Notes: generated by a model from the letters alone, not told the origin. Shown: positions 13,026 to 26,589, numbered from the stretch's first letter. The stretch: 64,000 nt of DNA from Octopus vulgaris (GCA_951406725.2 OX597826.1:44392001-44456000), one strand, 5' to 3'. Made by a program: numbers and translations.

Positions 13026-14249
13026 GCAAAAATAAATAAAACTCAATTTATTCGAAACTGCATGTATAAGTGCCAAATAAATATTCAATTTTCTGTTCTT
13101 ATCTTCAGTGCGGCGGTGTAGACTCTCTAAAACATCCCAACCAATAAACTAATGCTAATGAGAAGCTTTTTATTTGAAAAGTTCATATATTTTCAGAGAT
13201 AACGCTTCCATTAGGAATTCTCTCTTGAACATTTGGAAAACTTAATTGAAACAGCAACAACACCAACAACAAACGAATAAAGCTGAGTTACAAATATCGA
13301 AAATTAGAGACGAGAAACACGTGGCAAATCACTCTCACATTTGACAGTTATATAGATTCATAAAGCTCTTTCACTGTTCTTTGTCTTTTCCTCTTTCTAC
13401 GCAGCTATCTTTCTCTCTTACCGATGGCCTCCATTTTGTCTCGGTTTTTCCACCACTGTATCTCTGCCATTTTCGCATATCTTATTACTCTCACACCTTT
13501 CTTTTTCTTTTTTCTTCTAATCTGCTTCTCTAGTTTATCTTTCTCTTATGTCTCTCGTTTAACTTACTTTCCCCATACGTTCTCAATCTCACTCCCCGCC
13601 TCTCTCTCTCTCTCTCTTTCTCGCATCCACTTTATCTTCCTTTTATTTTACTTAACAGCAATATTCTACGTATCTTTCGTTACCTGGCACCTGAGTTTTT
13701 GAATTATTGAGTGAAATTGTTATTAATGATTTTGTTCTAACTTGCATCCTTTGATGAATTATTGTGTGTTCCTAAGTCAAAAGGAAAATTCTGTTAGAAG
13801 AAAGAATTCCATTGCAAAGACTTAACCGAAGATGATTAAGTGGATGGCTTCAAATTGAATTTGCAATTATTTCTGCATTTATTTTCCTAGATTGTTTTCA
13901 ACAACAACTGTTACATAAAAAAAGAAAGCTTCGCAGATTGGACGCGTTTGCAACATAAGCAATATCATTGTACAATCATTAAGAAATATGGAATGGAAAG
14001 AGAAAGTTGTTGGATCGTATTGACATTCATACAAATAAATGCGTATTGACTAGGACTTTCTGTATTGCTTAACGGTTTATTAAATCACACAAGTTCAGAA
14101 AACCTGCAGGCGAAACTCGAAGTCCTAGTTAACTAGAATTCTGCCATAAATTTTGATTATAGTTTCAATATTGATTCACACTGTCAGTAAATGGTATTCT
14201 TAAAACTAGCTTTGAAATAGTAAAAGGAACTCAACATTCATATTTGTAC

Positions 14250-14411
14250 ACGGCAAAAGGTACGTGATTAAGAAGGTGACTTTGAAACCACATGGTTTCA
14301 TGTTCAGGCTCACTGCATATCACATTGGAGAAGTGGTTTTTACTGTTACTCCAGGCCAACCATTGTCGGGTGAAGGAATTTGGAAGACAGAATCTATGTA
14401 GAAGCGTATCG

Positions 14412-14503
<92 letters not shown>

Positions 14504-14980
14504 TACGTATGTTTGAAGGTGCGTGGATCAGTGGCTAGAGCGTCGAGCCTACGATCGTAGGGTTGTGAGTTCGATTACCGGACGGACTGCGTGTTGTGTT
14601 CTTCAGCAAGGCACTTATTTCACGTTGCTCCAGCTAACTTATCTGTAGAGATGAGATCCGACGTCACTTGCTGGCGCCAAGCTGTATCGGCCTTTGCCCT
14701 TCCCTTGGATATGATCAGTGATGTGGAGAGGGGCGGCTTGTATGTATGTATGTATGTATGTATGTATGTATGTATGTATGTATGTATGTATGTATGTGTG
14801 TGTGTTTGTGTGCATGTATCAGTTTGTATGAATGCGTGTATGTGTGCTTGTATGCGCGCGTATATATGTGTGCTCGCGTATATATGTGAGCTTTGAGGTA
14901 ACCCCCTCCCACAAACTGGCAGCTGGTATTTGGTTTGTTTATGTCCTCATAACACAACGGTTCGGCAAAAAGCACAGAAA
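14250..14980 (+). mobile_element. SINE family B copy split by a nested SINE in its internal microsatellite
   Basis: Head at 14250-14410, (TA)n, insert at 14516-14742, (TATG)n, then family-B tail ggtttgtttatgtcctcataac...cggttcggcaaaa. Confidence 0.65.
14516..14742 (+). mobile_element. SINE family D (tRNA head + CORE-like box)
   Basis: gcgtggatcagtggctagagcg...gagttcgattaccgg, then gtgttcttcagcaaggcactt. A related remnant lies at 63700-63785. Confidence 0.8.
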
Positions 14981-14989
14981 ATCTATTCT

Positions 14990-16301
14990 GAAATTAGTAT
15001 TTCTGCTAACACGGTTTTTCGAAGAATTACAGAAACGTCAATAAGTGTGGAGAAGTAGTTAATTGCATTATCTCAAAATTTTCATGCGTACTCCCTGGGA
15101 CTTGATGAGAGTACTGGTATGTGTGATATTGCATTTTGTGCAATTTTCATTCGTGGCATTGAAAAAGATATCAAAGTGGCCAAAGAAATTTTTGATTTAG
15201 TCCCTCTGAAAAATGACAACAGGGAGAGATGTTTTTAAAGCGTTGGAAAGTTGAAGGTTCTGGCTTGAAGTGGGAGAAGTTTGTTTCCGTAGCAACTGAT
15301 GGAGCACCTGCGATGTTTTCTGAAATCTGAGGTGTGATTGGCTTAGCTAAGGCAAAGCAACTTGAACTTGACTGTCCAACTATTGTACCTATTCGTTGCC
15401 TGATTCATCAAGAAATGTCATGGATGTCGTGGTCAAAACCGTATAAACCATCAGAATGCGCAGTTTGAATCATCTCCAATTCAAAACCTTCCTGGAGCAA
15501 ATGCATAGTGAATATGGAGAGCTGCTTTATCACTAAGGTACGCTGGTTAAATCGGGGTAATGTTTTGAAGAGATTATTTGCGCTTTGGGAAGAAATAGGT
15601 GTGTACACGGCTACGGAACAAACATATGTTCCAGAATTGGGTGATGATGACTTCTGTAACTTTTTGGCCTTCCTAGTTGACATCACCAAGCACCTGAATA
15701 CACTTAATTTGAAACTCCAAAGCGAGTCAAAGACGATTATGTAAATGAGTGACAACACCACTACTTTCAAAACGTGACTAAGTCTGTGGGAGAAACAATT
15801 ATTAATAAAAAAACTGACCATTTCCCATCGCTGACAACGTTGAATTCAGTGGACTGTGATGCCCTATAGGAGTGTGTGGAATTTATCAACAAACTGCGGA
15901 GGGAATTTGACAGGCGATTCAAAGAATTGAAGGAACTGAAGCCACAGCTTGATATATTTTCGAACCCCTTTGCTGTTGATGTTAATGATGTTCCTTCCTT
16001 TATTCAAATTGAACTTATTGACATCACATGTAATTCAGCATTAAAACAGCTTTCAGATGGTGGAGTGCCTCAGTTCAACACGTATGTGGACCCTGTGAAA
16101 TACCCAAACATATGATGTTTGGTTAAGAAAGTGTAGTGTATAACAAGACTTACCTGCGTTCCAGGTTGACAGATGAACATTTGAAATCATCCTTAAGATT
16201 GACAATTACCAGAACAATAATACCTGAAATTTCCGAGCTGGTTAAGGAAAAGCCGTACCAGAGAAGTAGCTAGTAGTTTTGAGCAGAGGGTATATTCTTT
16301 C

Positions 16302-16333
<32 letters not shown>

Positions 16334-16576
16334 GCCATAAATATGTCTAACTATCATTGTCATCAGTTGTTAAGAAATAAATATGCTGCCTTCGCTTGAG
16401 GATCAAATTCTTGCGTCTTGATTTATAATCTATTTTTATGGAAGTAATTGGAAACAGCATCAGGTATAGTTTTTCTTTGAAAAAGGTCCAAGAACACGCA
16501 GAAAATATGTGTGGCCCTCTAAGACCCCCACTGCCATGAGGTGTGGCCCTCGAGTCATTTGAGTTGGAGACCCCTG
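14990..16576 (+). mobile_element. hAT DNA transposon (GTF2IRD2/Charlie-like transposase pseudogene), 5'-truncated, 3' TIR retained
   Basis: Motifs SLGLDEST, IFIRG, VATDGAPAM, RCLIHQE, VRWLNRGNVLKR, LAFLVDITKHLNTLNLKLQ, FSNPF. Ends gagttggagacccctg (revcomp CAGGGGTCTCCAAC). Confidence 0.93.
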
Positions 16577-16652
16577 CTTTAGAGTAAATATATTTTCTCA
16601 TATACGACCATTAACTGTGCATTTTATCTACAAAATGCATATGCTACCTACC

Positions 16653-16842
16653 CTTCTGAAGATGATGTACAGTACATGTATGCATGAAATTGCTTATGTA
16701 TCATGGTTCATGTGTGCTGATATTACGTCTCCATAAATGCGTTTATATAATATTTCATCTTTGCAGCTAAAAGTCTATATCAGTAATATGATATGCTTAA
16801 TAACGTCCACTATTTACGGGATGTATCGAAACAGCTGTAAAG
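16653..16842 (+). ncRNA. PLE-type hammerhead with about 150-nt loop II
   Basis: ctt-CTGAAGA-T-GATGT...GTATC-GAA-ACAGCTGT-A^AAG; palindromic stem III, GUA triplet, 3-bp stem I. Confidence 0.6.
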
Positions 16843-18815
16843 ACGACCGTACATCTTGTCATTTTTAGGAAAAAAACTTATGGAAATATACTGCTTAGAA
16901 CTACGATCGTTTAACCATTTCACTTTGTACATACTTTTCGAACTTCTTCTTGCAGACAACTCACCTGCTTCTGGATTAGGTAAAATATAAGACTTACAAA
17001 TGCTTAAGTATACCTATACATACTACTATATATAAATATGCTCTCACTGATACTCTATATTAAATCTGCACATCTAATAGGATCTTAATATCATCCTAAT
17101 GGAAATATATACAGATACATTCGCGCGTACACGCAAGTACGGAGAATTATAATGTATGTGTTCTTTAAGAGAATACATCGTATTAAATAACGACTTTATG
17201 CTAAAGGAATGGCGACTGGAGTTTTATAGTTTGCTTTACAATTTTACAATTGATTTGCTTAAAAAGAGGGATTTTCAGAGGAAATAGCTGAATATTAGGC
17301 AATATATTTATGCATAATTATAATAGCATAAACAATATAGGAAAGGGAAAAAGTTAGGGTGGGAAATACAATGAAGCGGGGGATAATTAATGGAACGCAA
17401 TTGTAGATTAATGTTTGAAATGAATAATTGTTCTGGTGATATATGAATTGATAGATTTAATTGGCTGCAGAAGGGAGATAACTTATACAAGCAGCGTTTT
17501 CAAATAATAAAATAATAATAATCTAAAACACAAAATCCCTGACTTTTACATAAACGGCTGTAACTTAGACAATATATATGGAATAGCTTTTGAGAAAAAC
17601 TTCTAGGAAAGGCATTTGACAAAATGCCTTCTAAAATTTATTTGAAAAACCTAATTCTCAGAGAAGCAATGGATGAAAAGTCTGACCTTTGAAAAATTAG
17701 ATAAGGGTTATATAATAAGATGCTACTTATCCAAAAGGCATTTGATGTAATAATTTAAGTAAACCAAGAATTATATATTTGTTTCGGTATTCCCCGCGAT
17801 AAGAAGAACGGAACAAATATAATTCTTGTTTTAAATAAATAAGTATATAATTCTTCTGAGTGTTGAGGTCAATTTTGCCTCAAATGCTTTTAGAGTAAAA
17901 ATGCAGGTGGGTGAAGTGCATCGTGGTATCTGTTTGGGTTCTTTGTACTATGAGAGAAACACTTGGGATTAGATTCTTTCCAAACTGCAAAGGCTCAAAT
18001 CGCTGGTATTTTCCACTGATAAAAAATCGTGGCTAAGATAGGAGAGGCTTACATACATTGGGAACTGATCGTCGTTTTCAAAAATGTTGACGAAATATGT
18101 GCATACATGTGCAGAAGATGCATAGATAATATTAACGGACTAGTAACGGTGTTATTTAGATAATATGGTAGAAATGAAAGTGTGCATATAAATATTTACT
18201 TAAATAAATACGTAATTAAAGAGTTTTAAAACGCATAGAGTTAAAATCTAAGACGAAATGAAAGAGATGATATCATTTACCTTAGCTCTATTACATTAAT
18301 GAATGGGTATTTACTATCTTTTTCTCGGTTACGTGGTGGAGATTAGTGTGAAATATTAAACGGCGAAACCACGTTAAACTAATTGAATAAATGGATAAGG
18401 ATATCAAGCTAATCATTTTTGGTGTTACGGGGAAAAAAACATTATTAAACTTTTATGATTAAGTATTAATAATAGTGTGCATTAATGTGAGAAGACGAGA
18501 ATACGAGAAAGAGAGAGATAGTGTGAGTGGGTGAGCGACAGTGCGCATGAGTAAGAGGGAGAGAGCGCACGTGAAAGAGAGACAAAGAGATAAGGAGAAA
18601 GAGAACGACAGAAAGAGAAAGAGAACGACAGAAAGAGAAAGAAAGAAAGAGGAAGAGAGAGAGAGAAAGTGAGAGAGAAGGGAGATGAGGTAGGTTCAGA
18701 AATATATGACTACTGCGTATACCTTGGCAGTCAGAAAATTGTGTTGAGGCTTTCCATCCATCCATCCATCCATCCATATATATATATATGTATGTATATA
18801 CATGTATGTATATAT

Positions 18816-18906
<91 letters not shown>

Positions 18907-18910
<4 letters not shown>

Positions 18911-19711
18911 CAACAATTGAGGGTAAAATTAATTAATTATTAATTAATTTCACCAAGTGTTCAGTATGCAAAGGGACCATTTAAGGCGAATTCAAATTAT
19001 TACAATATATAAAAGGGCTTAGTAAAATAAATTACTTTGCCGCATACTGAACTCATTAGAAATAGCAGCTAAAAAACTTTTTTAAAAACCATTTCTAATG
19101 AGTTCAGTATGCGGCAAAGTAATTTATTTTACTAAGCCCTTTTATATATTGTAATAATTTGAATTCGCCTTAAATGGTCCCTTTGCATACTGAACACTTG
19201 GTGAAATTAATTAATAATTAATTAATTTTACCCTCAATTGTTGAAATTATAATTAATCTCCCTCTAATTAATGCTTCGGATTTTACCGAAATAAGCAGAG
19301 TGTTTGTTGATTTTAACCCACGCTGGTGGAAAGGGGAGAGCAGAAATTCTTCGCTTGCATGTTTGAGTTTGTTGGCACTGTTAGTTACGAGCAGATCTTC
19401 GAAAGCGATGAGAGGCCGAAAGAGTATGCTCTCACTTTCAGTGTTTTCAAATCCAAACCAAGGAGTTTCTGAGCTGATGATAGAAGTGTTGTGATGACTA
19501 ATCTTGAAACGTACGTTCTCAAATAACCTTTGCATTTGATTTTTTGATGTCTTTACCCCCAAACTTTCGTGAGTTGAGTTGACCAAACACTATATGAGAG
19601 AGATTTTCTTTAAGTATTGGAAATGGTTTTTAAAAAAGTTTTTTAGCTGCTATTTCTAATGAGTTCAGTATGCGGCAAAGTAATATATTTTACTAAGCCC
19701 TTTTATATATT
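18907..19711 (+). mobile_element. (TA)n-flanked non-coding element: 157-bp inverted repeat + 561-bp terminally redundant unit (PLE/retrozyme-like)
   Basis: Arms 18907-19063 and 19091-19247 are reverse complements. 19620-19711 is the reverse complement of 19004-19095. (TA)n lies on both sides. Confidence 0.8.
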
Positions 19712-20061
19712 ATATATATATATATATATATTCAGACATATCTCTCTCTTTCTCTCTCTCTCTCTCACTGTATGTATATATATATTTATATATATTTATG
19801 TAATCTAATCATTCACACACGCGCATGCGTATATGCATAACGTATGTATGACATTCTGGATTATGTTAACCCCACGGAATATCCACTGTGATTCGTTTGT
19901 GTGCCCTAACCCACCAGGTCGAAAAATAAATATGGATTAAGTAACCAACAACAACGAAAGAAAAGTGTCGATCAATACGATTCATTATGCACTTCAAGAT
20001 ATTGCTCCACCCAGCAGGTATCCGAATGATTGAAACAAACAGAAAAGAATATTTGCACAAT

Positions 20062-20500
20062 AGGCACAGGAGTGGCTGTGTGGTAAGTAGCTTGCTTACC
20101 AACCACATGGTTCCGGGTTCAGTCCCACTGCGTGGCAGCTTGGGCAAGTGTCTTCTACTAGAGCCTCGTGCCGACCAAAGCCTTGTGAGTGGATTTGGTA
20201 GACGGAAACTGAAAGAAGCCTGTCGTATATATCTATATGTACATATGTGTGTGTGTATGTGTGTGTGTGTATACGTTTGCGTGTCTGTGTTTGTCCCCCC
20301 AACATCGCTTGACAACCGATGGTGGTGTGTTTACGTCCCCGTAACTTAGCGGTTCGGAAAAATAGACCGATAAAATAAGTAGTAGGCTTCCAAAGAATAA
20401 GTCCTGGAGTCCATTTGCTCGACTAAAGGCGATGCTCCAGCATGGCCGTAGTCAAATGAATGAATCGAGTAACAGAGTAAAAAAGTAAAAGAGTAACACG
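20062..20500 (+). mobile_element. SINE family B, full-length
   Basis: ggcacaggagtggctgtgtggtaagtagc...gggttcagtccc...ttgggcaagtgtcttc...(TA/TG)n...gctccagcatggcc, A-rich tail. Confidence 0.92.
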
Positions 20501-20964
20501 CACAACACACACACACACACTTACACACACATACATACACACACACACACATGTAAGCACCCAAACACAGATAAACCCACAAACATGCAACAGACACAGG
20601 CACGCACTGACACACACAGAGACACACATGAATGCACACAGATACACACACACACACAAACTACAAGCACATCTAAGCTCACTCAATTTTGAATGTTTGC
20701 AGTGAAAATCAGTTATGATAGATAATATTCATGTTGATGATGATGATGATGACAATGAAAGTAGACGTGGTGGTGGTGGTAGTAATTCTGGTGTTTTTAC
20801 AGTTGCTACTACTACTGCTGCTGCTGTCACTGCTGCTACTGCTGTTGCCACTACTACTGCTGCTGCTGGTCCCAAGGTACTGCTTCTGGTGTTGGTGTTT
20901 GAGGTCCTCTCTCTCTCTCTATATATATATATATGTACATCTGTACGTTGTTATCCTTATTCCG

Positions 20965-21262
20965 TAAACGGTAGCTTTTAACGGGTGGAGAGCTGAACCA
21001 TCCTAGCGTACAGAGGTTCTGAAAGTTTACCACAACATAGTGGGTTACACCATAGTTCCTCTGCTTTGTGGCAGAAGTAGGAAGAAAGAGTGAAAGAAAG
21101 TAGTGGTGAAAGGGTACAGCGGGGTTCATCCCCAGCCCCCGCCGGAGCCTCGTGGAGCTTAGGTGTTTTTGCTCAATAAACACTCACAATTCCCGCTCTG
21201 TGAATCGCAACCGCGGTCTTACGACCGCGAGTCGGTTGCCCTAATCACTGGGCCATTGCGCC
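20965..21262 (-). mobile_element. SINE family C (tRNA-like head)
   Basis: Minus strand starts ggcgcaatggcccagtg.ttagggc; shares gagcctcgtggagcttaggtg...caataaacac with 43385-43685 and 63790-64000. Confidence 0.85.
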
Positions 21263-22239
21263 CCTACTCATGTTATTGTTGTATAGCCCTAGATTAGCCA
21301 GTAGTGATGCAGTAGATTTATGATCAAAGTCTCTCCTGTCTTAGACCTTTACGTTTTTAATAGGTATTTTGGATTTTATATCTAATGTACGCTTTTAATT
21401 CAAGTGTGTAGCTTTTAACTAAAGGAACAACTGGCTGCTGTTTTTAGCCAAACAGGCAACTATTGTGTAGCGACCTTCTTGTATCGTTAGTTATTTATTG
21501 TTAAAGTACGTGGTACTTGAACACCATATACAGATGAATTAGTAAATTCGGCCTTTTACTTATTTGTAGAATAAGCTCATTGTATGTGCATGTAGGCATG
21601 TGTTTTTTTGTTTGGGCCTCTTTGTGCATGTGTTTGTGTACATGAGCGATGAGTGTGCAATGTGCATATGCGAGTATGTGTGTTTGTGTGTGAATACATG
21701 TGTGTGTATGTAGGTGGGTCTGTCTGTGTGTGTATGTGTGTGTTTGTCTGTGTGAGTACATTTAAGATGCTCTCGTTTTAATTACTATGTTCCTATTTCG
21801 ATCTCAAAACATGCCCCAGCATGTCCCCAAACGCGAGTGACCGAGTTCGTCTCAATCCTGAGTTAGTGCTTTTTTTGTTTCGAATAGAAACCCTAGCATT
21901 ATAAGGAAAATAGTGAGCTGAAAACAATTCGGACGCCCACGTTCTAGGCATTACAAATATATAGCCAATGTAGTTTATTTATATCCAGGGTTTGTGTCTG
22001 TGAACAAGGGTAAAGCTATGAGGAAGTAACACCTCAATATATTTAAGCACCAAAGGTTACAAACACAAACATACACATGGGCACAACCGAGCCTGTTGGT
22101 GTGTGTGCGTATGTATGTGTGCGTGTATGCATGGTTATGTGTGTGTGTATGTTTCAAGCATTTATTTATGTATGTGTATACCCGTATTTGTGCAACTGTA
22201 GGGGGAAAAATAAATCATAAAGCACGTATTTGTGTTCGT

Positions 22240-22517
22240 GCGTGTGTCTATGAGAGGATATATATATATATATATATATTTATATATCCATCTTATAAAT
22301 ATATGCATGCACACACAAACACATGCATGCACACACATGCATACACACACACACGGATCAACACGCACACATAGGCATAATCTTTTGGTATACATGGATC
22401 TACGATAATGTGCAATACCTTGGTATGTAACGATACGCATTTAAATACGTACATACATACACAGACACACGCATACGTAGACACGCATCGCACACAAGCA
22501 TAAACACACACATATAC

Positions 22518-22610
<93 letters not shown>

Positions 22611-22971
22611 CAAGTGTATGTATGCGTAGACGCATAAATTTTATGCGCTTTTTCACTTGAATATTTATGTGAGCAAGCCCATGTGTATAAACATGCATAT
22701 GCATGTATGTTTTTTTATGTATGTATTTGTATGTGTGTTTTGCGTGCGTGTGTTTACATATGCAAATGTACATATATACACACACACACACACACATATA
22801 CATATATATATATGCGGTTATGCGCAAATAGCTATGTGTATACATATTTATATAGGTACACATCAATATATATATTGTGTATAGCTATGTGTATACATAT
22901 TTATACAGGTACACATATGTAAATATATATCTATCTATCAATATATATATATATATATATCAATATATAAC

Positions 22972-23011
<40 letters not shown>

Positions 23012-23012
23012 T

Positions 23013-23080
<68 letters not shown>

Positions 23081-23105
23081 TGTGTGTGTGTGTGTGTGTG
23101 TACAG
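22240..23105. repeat. (TA)n/(TG)n/(CA)n compound microsatellite region
   Basis: Direct reading. Confidence 0.9.
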
Positions 23106-23458
23106 CTATATGTGCATTTATATCGCATTGAAGGCGTGTTAAGATTTATGAATTATGAAAGGAGAAACTGTTAATGTGTTTCTAATGTTTGCTGGTTTGA
23201 ATAACGTCTTCACAGAAAACGTGTTTCTATTGTTGTTACAGTTTTTGTGCTGCTGTTCATGGGGCGACTTCAAAGCACTTCAGATATGATTCCTTTTCAA
23301 AAACAGACTATCTAACATGTTGATGTAAACATACATTTGTCATAGGAGCTGATATGGAACAAGCAAAGTAATGAGGTAGGTAACAATATAACAAGAAGAA
23401 TATAGATATTGAAATAGCGTGTGAGGGTATGAGCGATAACAGAGAGAATTGGAGGAGA

Positions 23459-23512
<54 letters not shown>

Positions 23513-24113
23513 AAAGTGAGAAAATGAGAAAGAAAGAAAGGAAGATACGTAGGGAGGCAGAGAGAGAAAAAGTGAGAGAGACGGAGAGAATGAAAGAAAG
23601 ATACAAAGAGCGAGAGAGATAGAAAATGGCGGTGATGATAGAGAGATATGGGAAGAGTTATTCGGAGGCAAAGAGCGTGCTGAGAGAAGAGCGAAGCATT
23701 TGGAATGGAAATGGTGTGAAGAGCGGTGTGCGAACACATGTTCACTTTCTGGCTGGTCAGCTATACAAAACGTTAAATTCATTATAATTTATAGAGAAAT
23801 ATAACACCAAATGTAAAGGCAAAACTGCTAATCTATCTGAATTCCCAAGGAAATCCTACGGAACGTAACGTTTTTCCATTAATGACGTAATTGTCCTTCT
23901 CCATCCATTTTCCCGCCGCTGCATTCTGCATCGCAAATCACCACGACCGCTAGTACCTCTACACTTTCATATTAATATTGCAACAGCGTCTTTCACCTAC
24001 ATCTCCATCTTTTTTTTTCCATTACACTCTCGCAGAGATGATTATTGTTTACCAACTCCCGCTAATATTCCTGGCCTTGAGATAAAATCATCGTCGTCGT
24101 CTTGATCATCATG

Positions 24114-24154
<41 letters not shown>

Positions 24155-24356
24155 TATTATTATTATTATTCATTATTATTATTATTATCATCATCATCAT
24201 TATTATTGTTGTTGTTGTTGTTGTTACTATTATTCATCATCATTGTTGTTGTCACCATCATCATCACCATCATCATCACCACCACCACCACCACTGCCAC
24301 CAAAACCACCACCACCACCACCACCACCACCACCATCACCACCACCACCACCACCA

Positions 24357-24387
<31 letters not shown>

Positions 24388-24392
24388 GACTT

Positions 24393-24943
24393 AATGAGTG
24401 AAAGACTAGTGCATGCCATCAAAGTAACACTGGGGTAAAATATGCGAAGCCCAGTATACCCATCATGACTACCCATCTGATAAGTGTACACCAAACACAT
24501 GCACCCACGGCCATATGTGCGCAACATAGTGATCTCATATCCAGTTAAAAATCACACGACCTTGCAGGTGGTGCCTAGTTAGAATTTTCTTCAGCTCGAG
24601 TAGCTACTCCGTTCAAAAGGTCACTGAATAAGGGCTGTTAAATGATGTTGAACGCAGCACCGATATTTCCAAAGGTGAATTATCCAAGTCCCAAAGAATT
24701 CCTTTCAACTCATTGCTATGATGCTCCCCCACTACTTCAGCTCGTGATCAGAGGTGCACATATCGACAGCCACTAAGGGACATGCTCAACTAATTAAGGT
24801 CAAACAACTCACAAGCAAATCTGTGGAGTTGAGCAGAATATTTGCTGTAGCCCATCTTTTATACCAAGACAAAACAACGTACATGATAACACTTCCAATG
24901 GGTTAAGATCAGAAGCCAGGAAAACCACTGCCTGGTACTGCAA
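24393..24943. mobile_element. Unclassified interspersed repeat embedded in (TTA)n
   Basis: Flanked by (TTA)n on both sides. Its left end (gcatgcc.tcaaagt..cactgggg.aaaatat...tacccgtctgataag) recurs after (TTA)n at 60201-60308. Confidence 0.65.
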
Positions 24944-24974
24944 TTATTATTATTATTATTATTAATACAACACC

Positions 24975-24976
24975 CG

Positions 24977-25064
<88 letters not shown>

Positions 25065-25075
25065 CACTACTACTA
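24975..25075. repeat. (CTA)n microsatellite
   Basis: Direct reading. Confidence 0.95.
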
Positions 25076-25496
25076 TCATCTCTATTTTGAAACCACTTTG
25101 CTTTCCCTATTATTCAATCATTATTTTTATCACCATTGCAATTTCACATCAATCTGCAATATAACCAAACGGTTTCGTAGATATATCTTCCCATTAATAC
25201 ATAAATTGCGTGCCCACATTTCAACAGCATGGGTCGATATTGTAAATTAAATATGGCGCAATAGTCTATAGTTTATTGTGATGAAAAATCTGGAGAAGCT
25301 GTTAGCTGGCCGTTTCGTGACGTATTGAGTCAGTGACTTATACTACCATGTTAAATACGTTTGATGCATCTGTGCAGCCTCTCACTTTTGATTGGGTTTA
25401 CCAAAACTATTAGCTATTATCTATATTTTACGCTATTTCACGCATTCATCCGCTTATGCTTGCATGTATACATGTTTTATATGCTTGAGTATTATG

Positions 25497-25552
<56 letters not shown>

Positions 25553-25631
25553 CATACACACACATATATATATGTATATATATACACTCACACACACAGG
25601 GCATAGGTAGGTAGACAGATATGTGCGTGTG

Positions 25632-25662
<31 letters not shown>

Positions 25663-26490
25663 CGAGAGACAGAAAGAGGGATGTGTGTGTGTGTGCACAC
25701 ACACAAAACACACTCACACACACATACATAGGAAGACAGGTTATAGGCAGGGATATAGGTAGATAAACAGGCAGATAGAGAAGTGTTTAACTATTAATGC
25801 GAAACGATGGAAGAAATCTGGAAATTCACCCCATTTTGTTCCTAAACGACATTTTCATTGGGAAGTAGAGTGCAATTTTGAAACATTAGTTGTGGATTTA
25901 TTGTCGAATGCTTATAGATATATAGCCCAATCGACATGATACATATACATGCAAATGGATGCAATGTGTTATAAATTAGATAAATGAATGCATAGATAGT
26001 AAGGTATGAAAATAGATGGTCTCCATATATAATTATATCAACAATTAGCATGACATAAAATCATATTATCATTATATATCATCAAGATATAGAGGATTTG
26101 TCTTATTTCCTGGAGAAGAATTACGTTGAAAATGGCGCTTAGTATTTCAGATTTATTATCTTACGGAAACTAAATTGTAACGATAGAAAAGAATGCAATA
26201 GAGGGAACTTTGGAATGTGAACTAGATTTTGATATTGATATTCTGAAAGATATTTCGGTTTATTTTAGATAATTGAAGTAATATTTCCGAAAATTACATA
26301 ATATCTATCTGCAAACTCATATTTAATTGATATATGCATACGCAGAAACCCACTCATCACAGGCCGACACGCAGTCTAACACGAACACACACACACACAC
26401 ACACACACGTATTTATGAGAGTGTGTAGTAATATATAATATATATATATTTATGTATGTATATATGTATGTATATATATGTTTGATTGTG

Positions 26491-26532
<42 letters not shown>

Positions 26533-26542
26533 CATGTGTGTG

Positions 26543-26589
<47 letters not shown>

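Noticed and set aside
12254-13088. Poly-His / poly-Val / acidic ORFs, and similar YIYI, THTH, LSIY ORFs throughout
   Set aside because: They are translations of simple repeats with no domain content or splice structure.
14516-14585. tRNA-like sequences here and at 1095, 21190, 43610 and 58480 as tRNA genes
   Set aside because: No clean cloverleaf, and each continues into a repeated SINE body.
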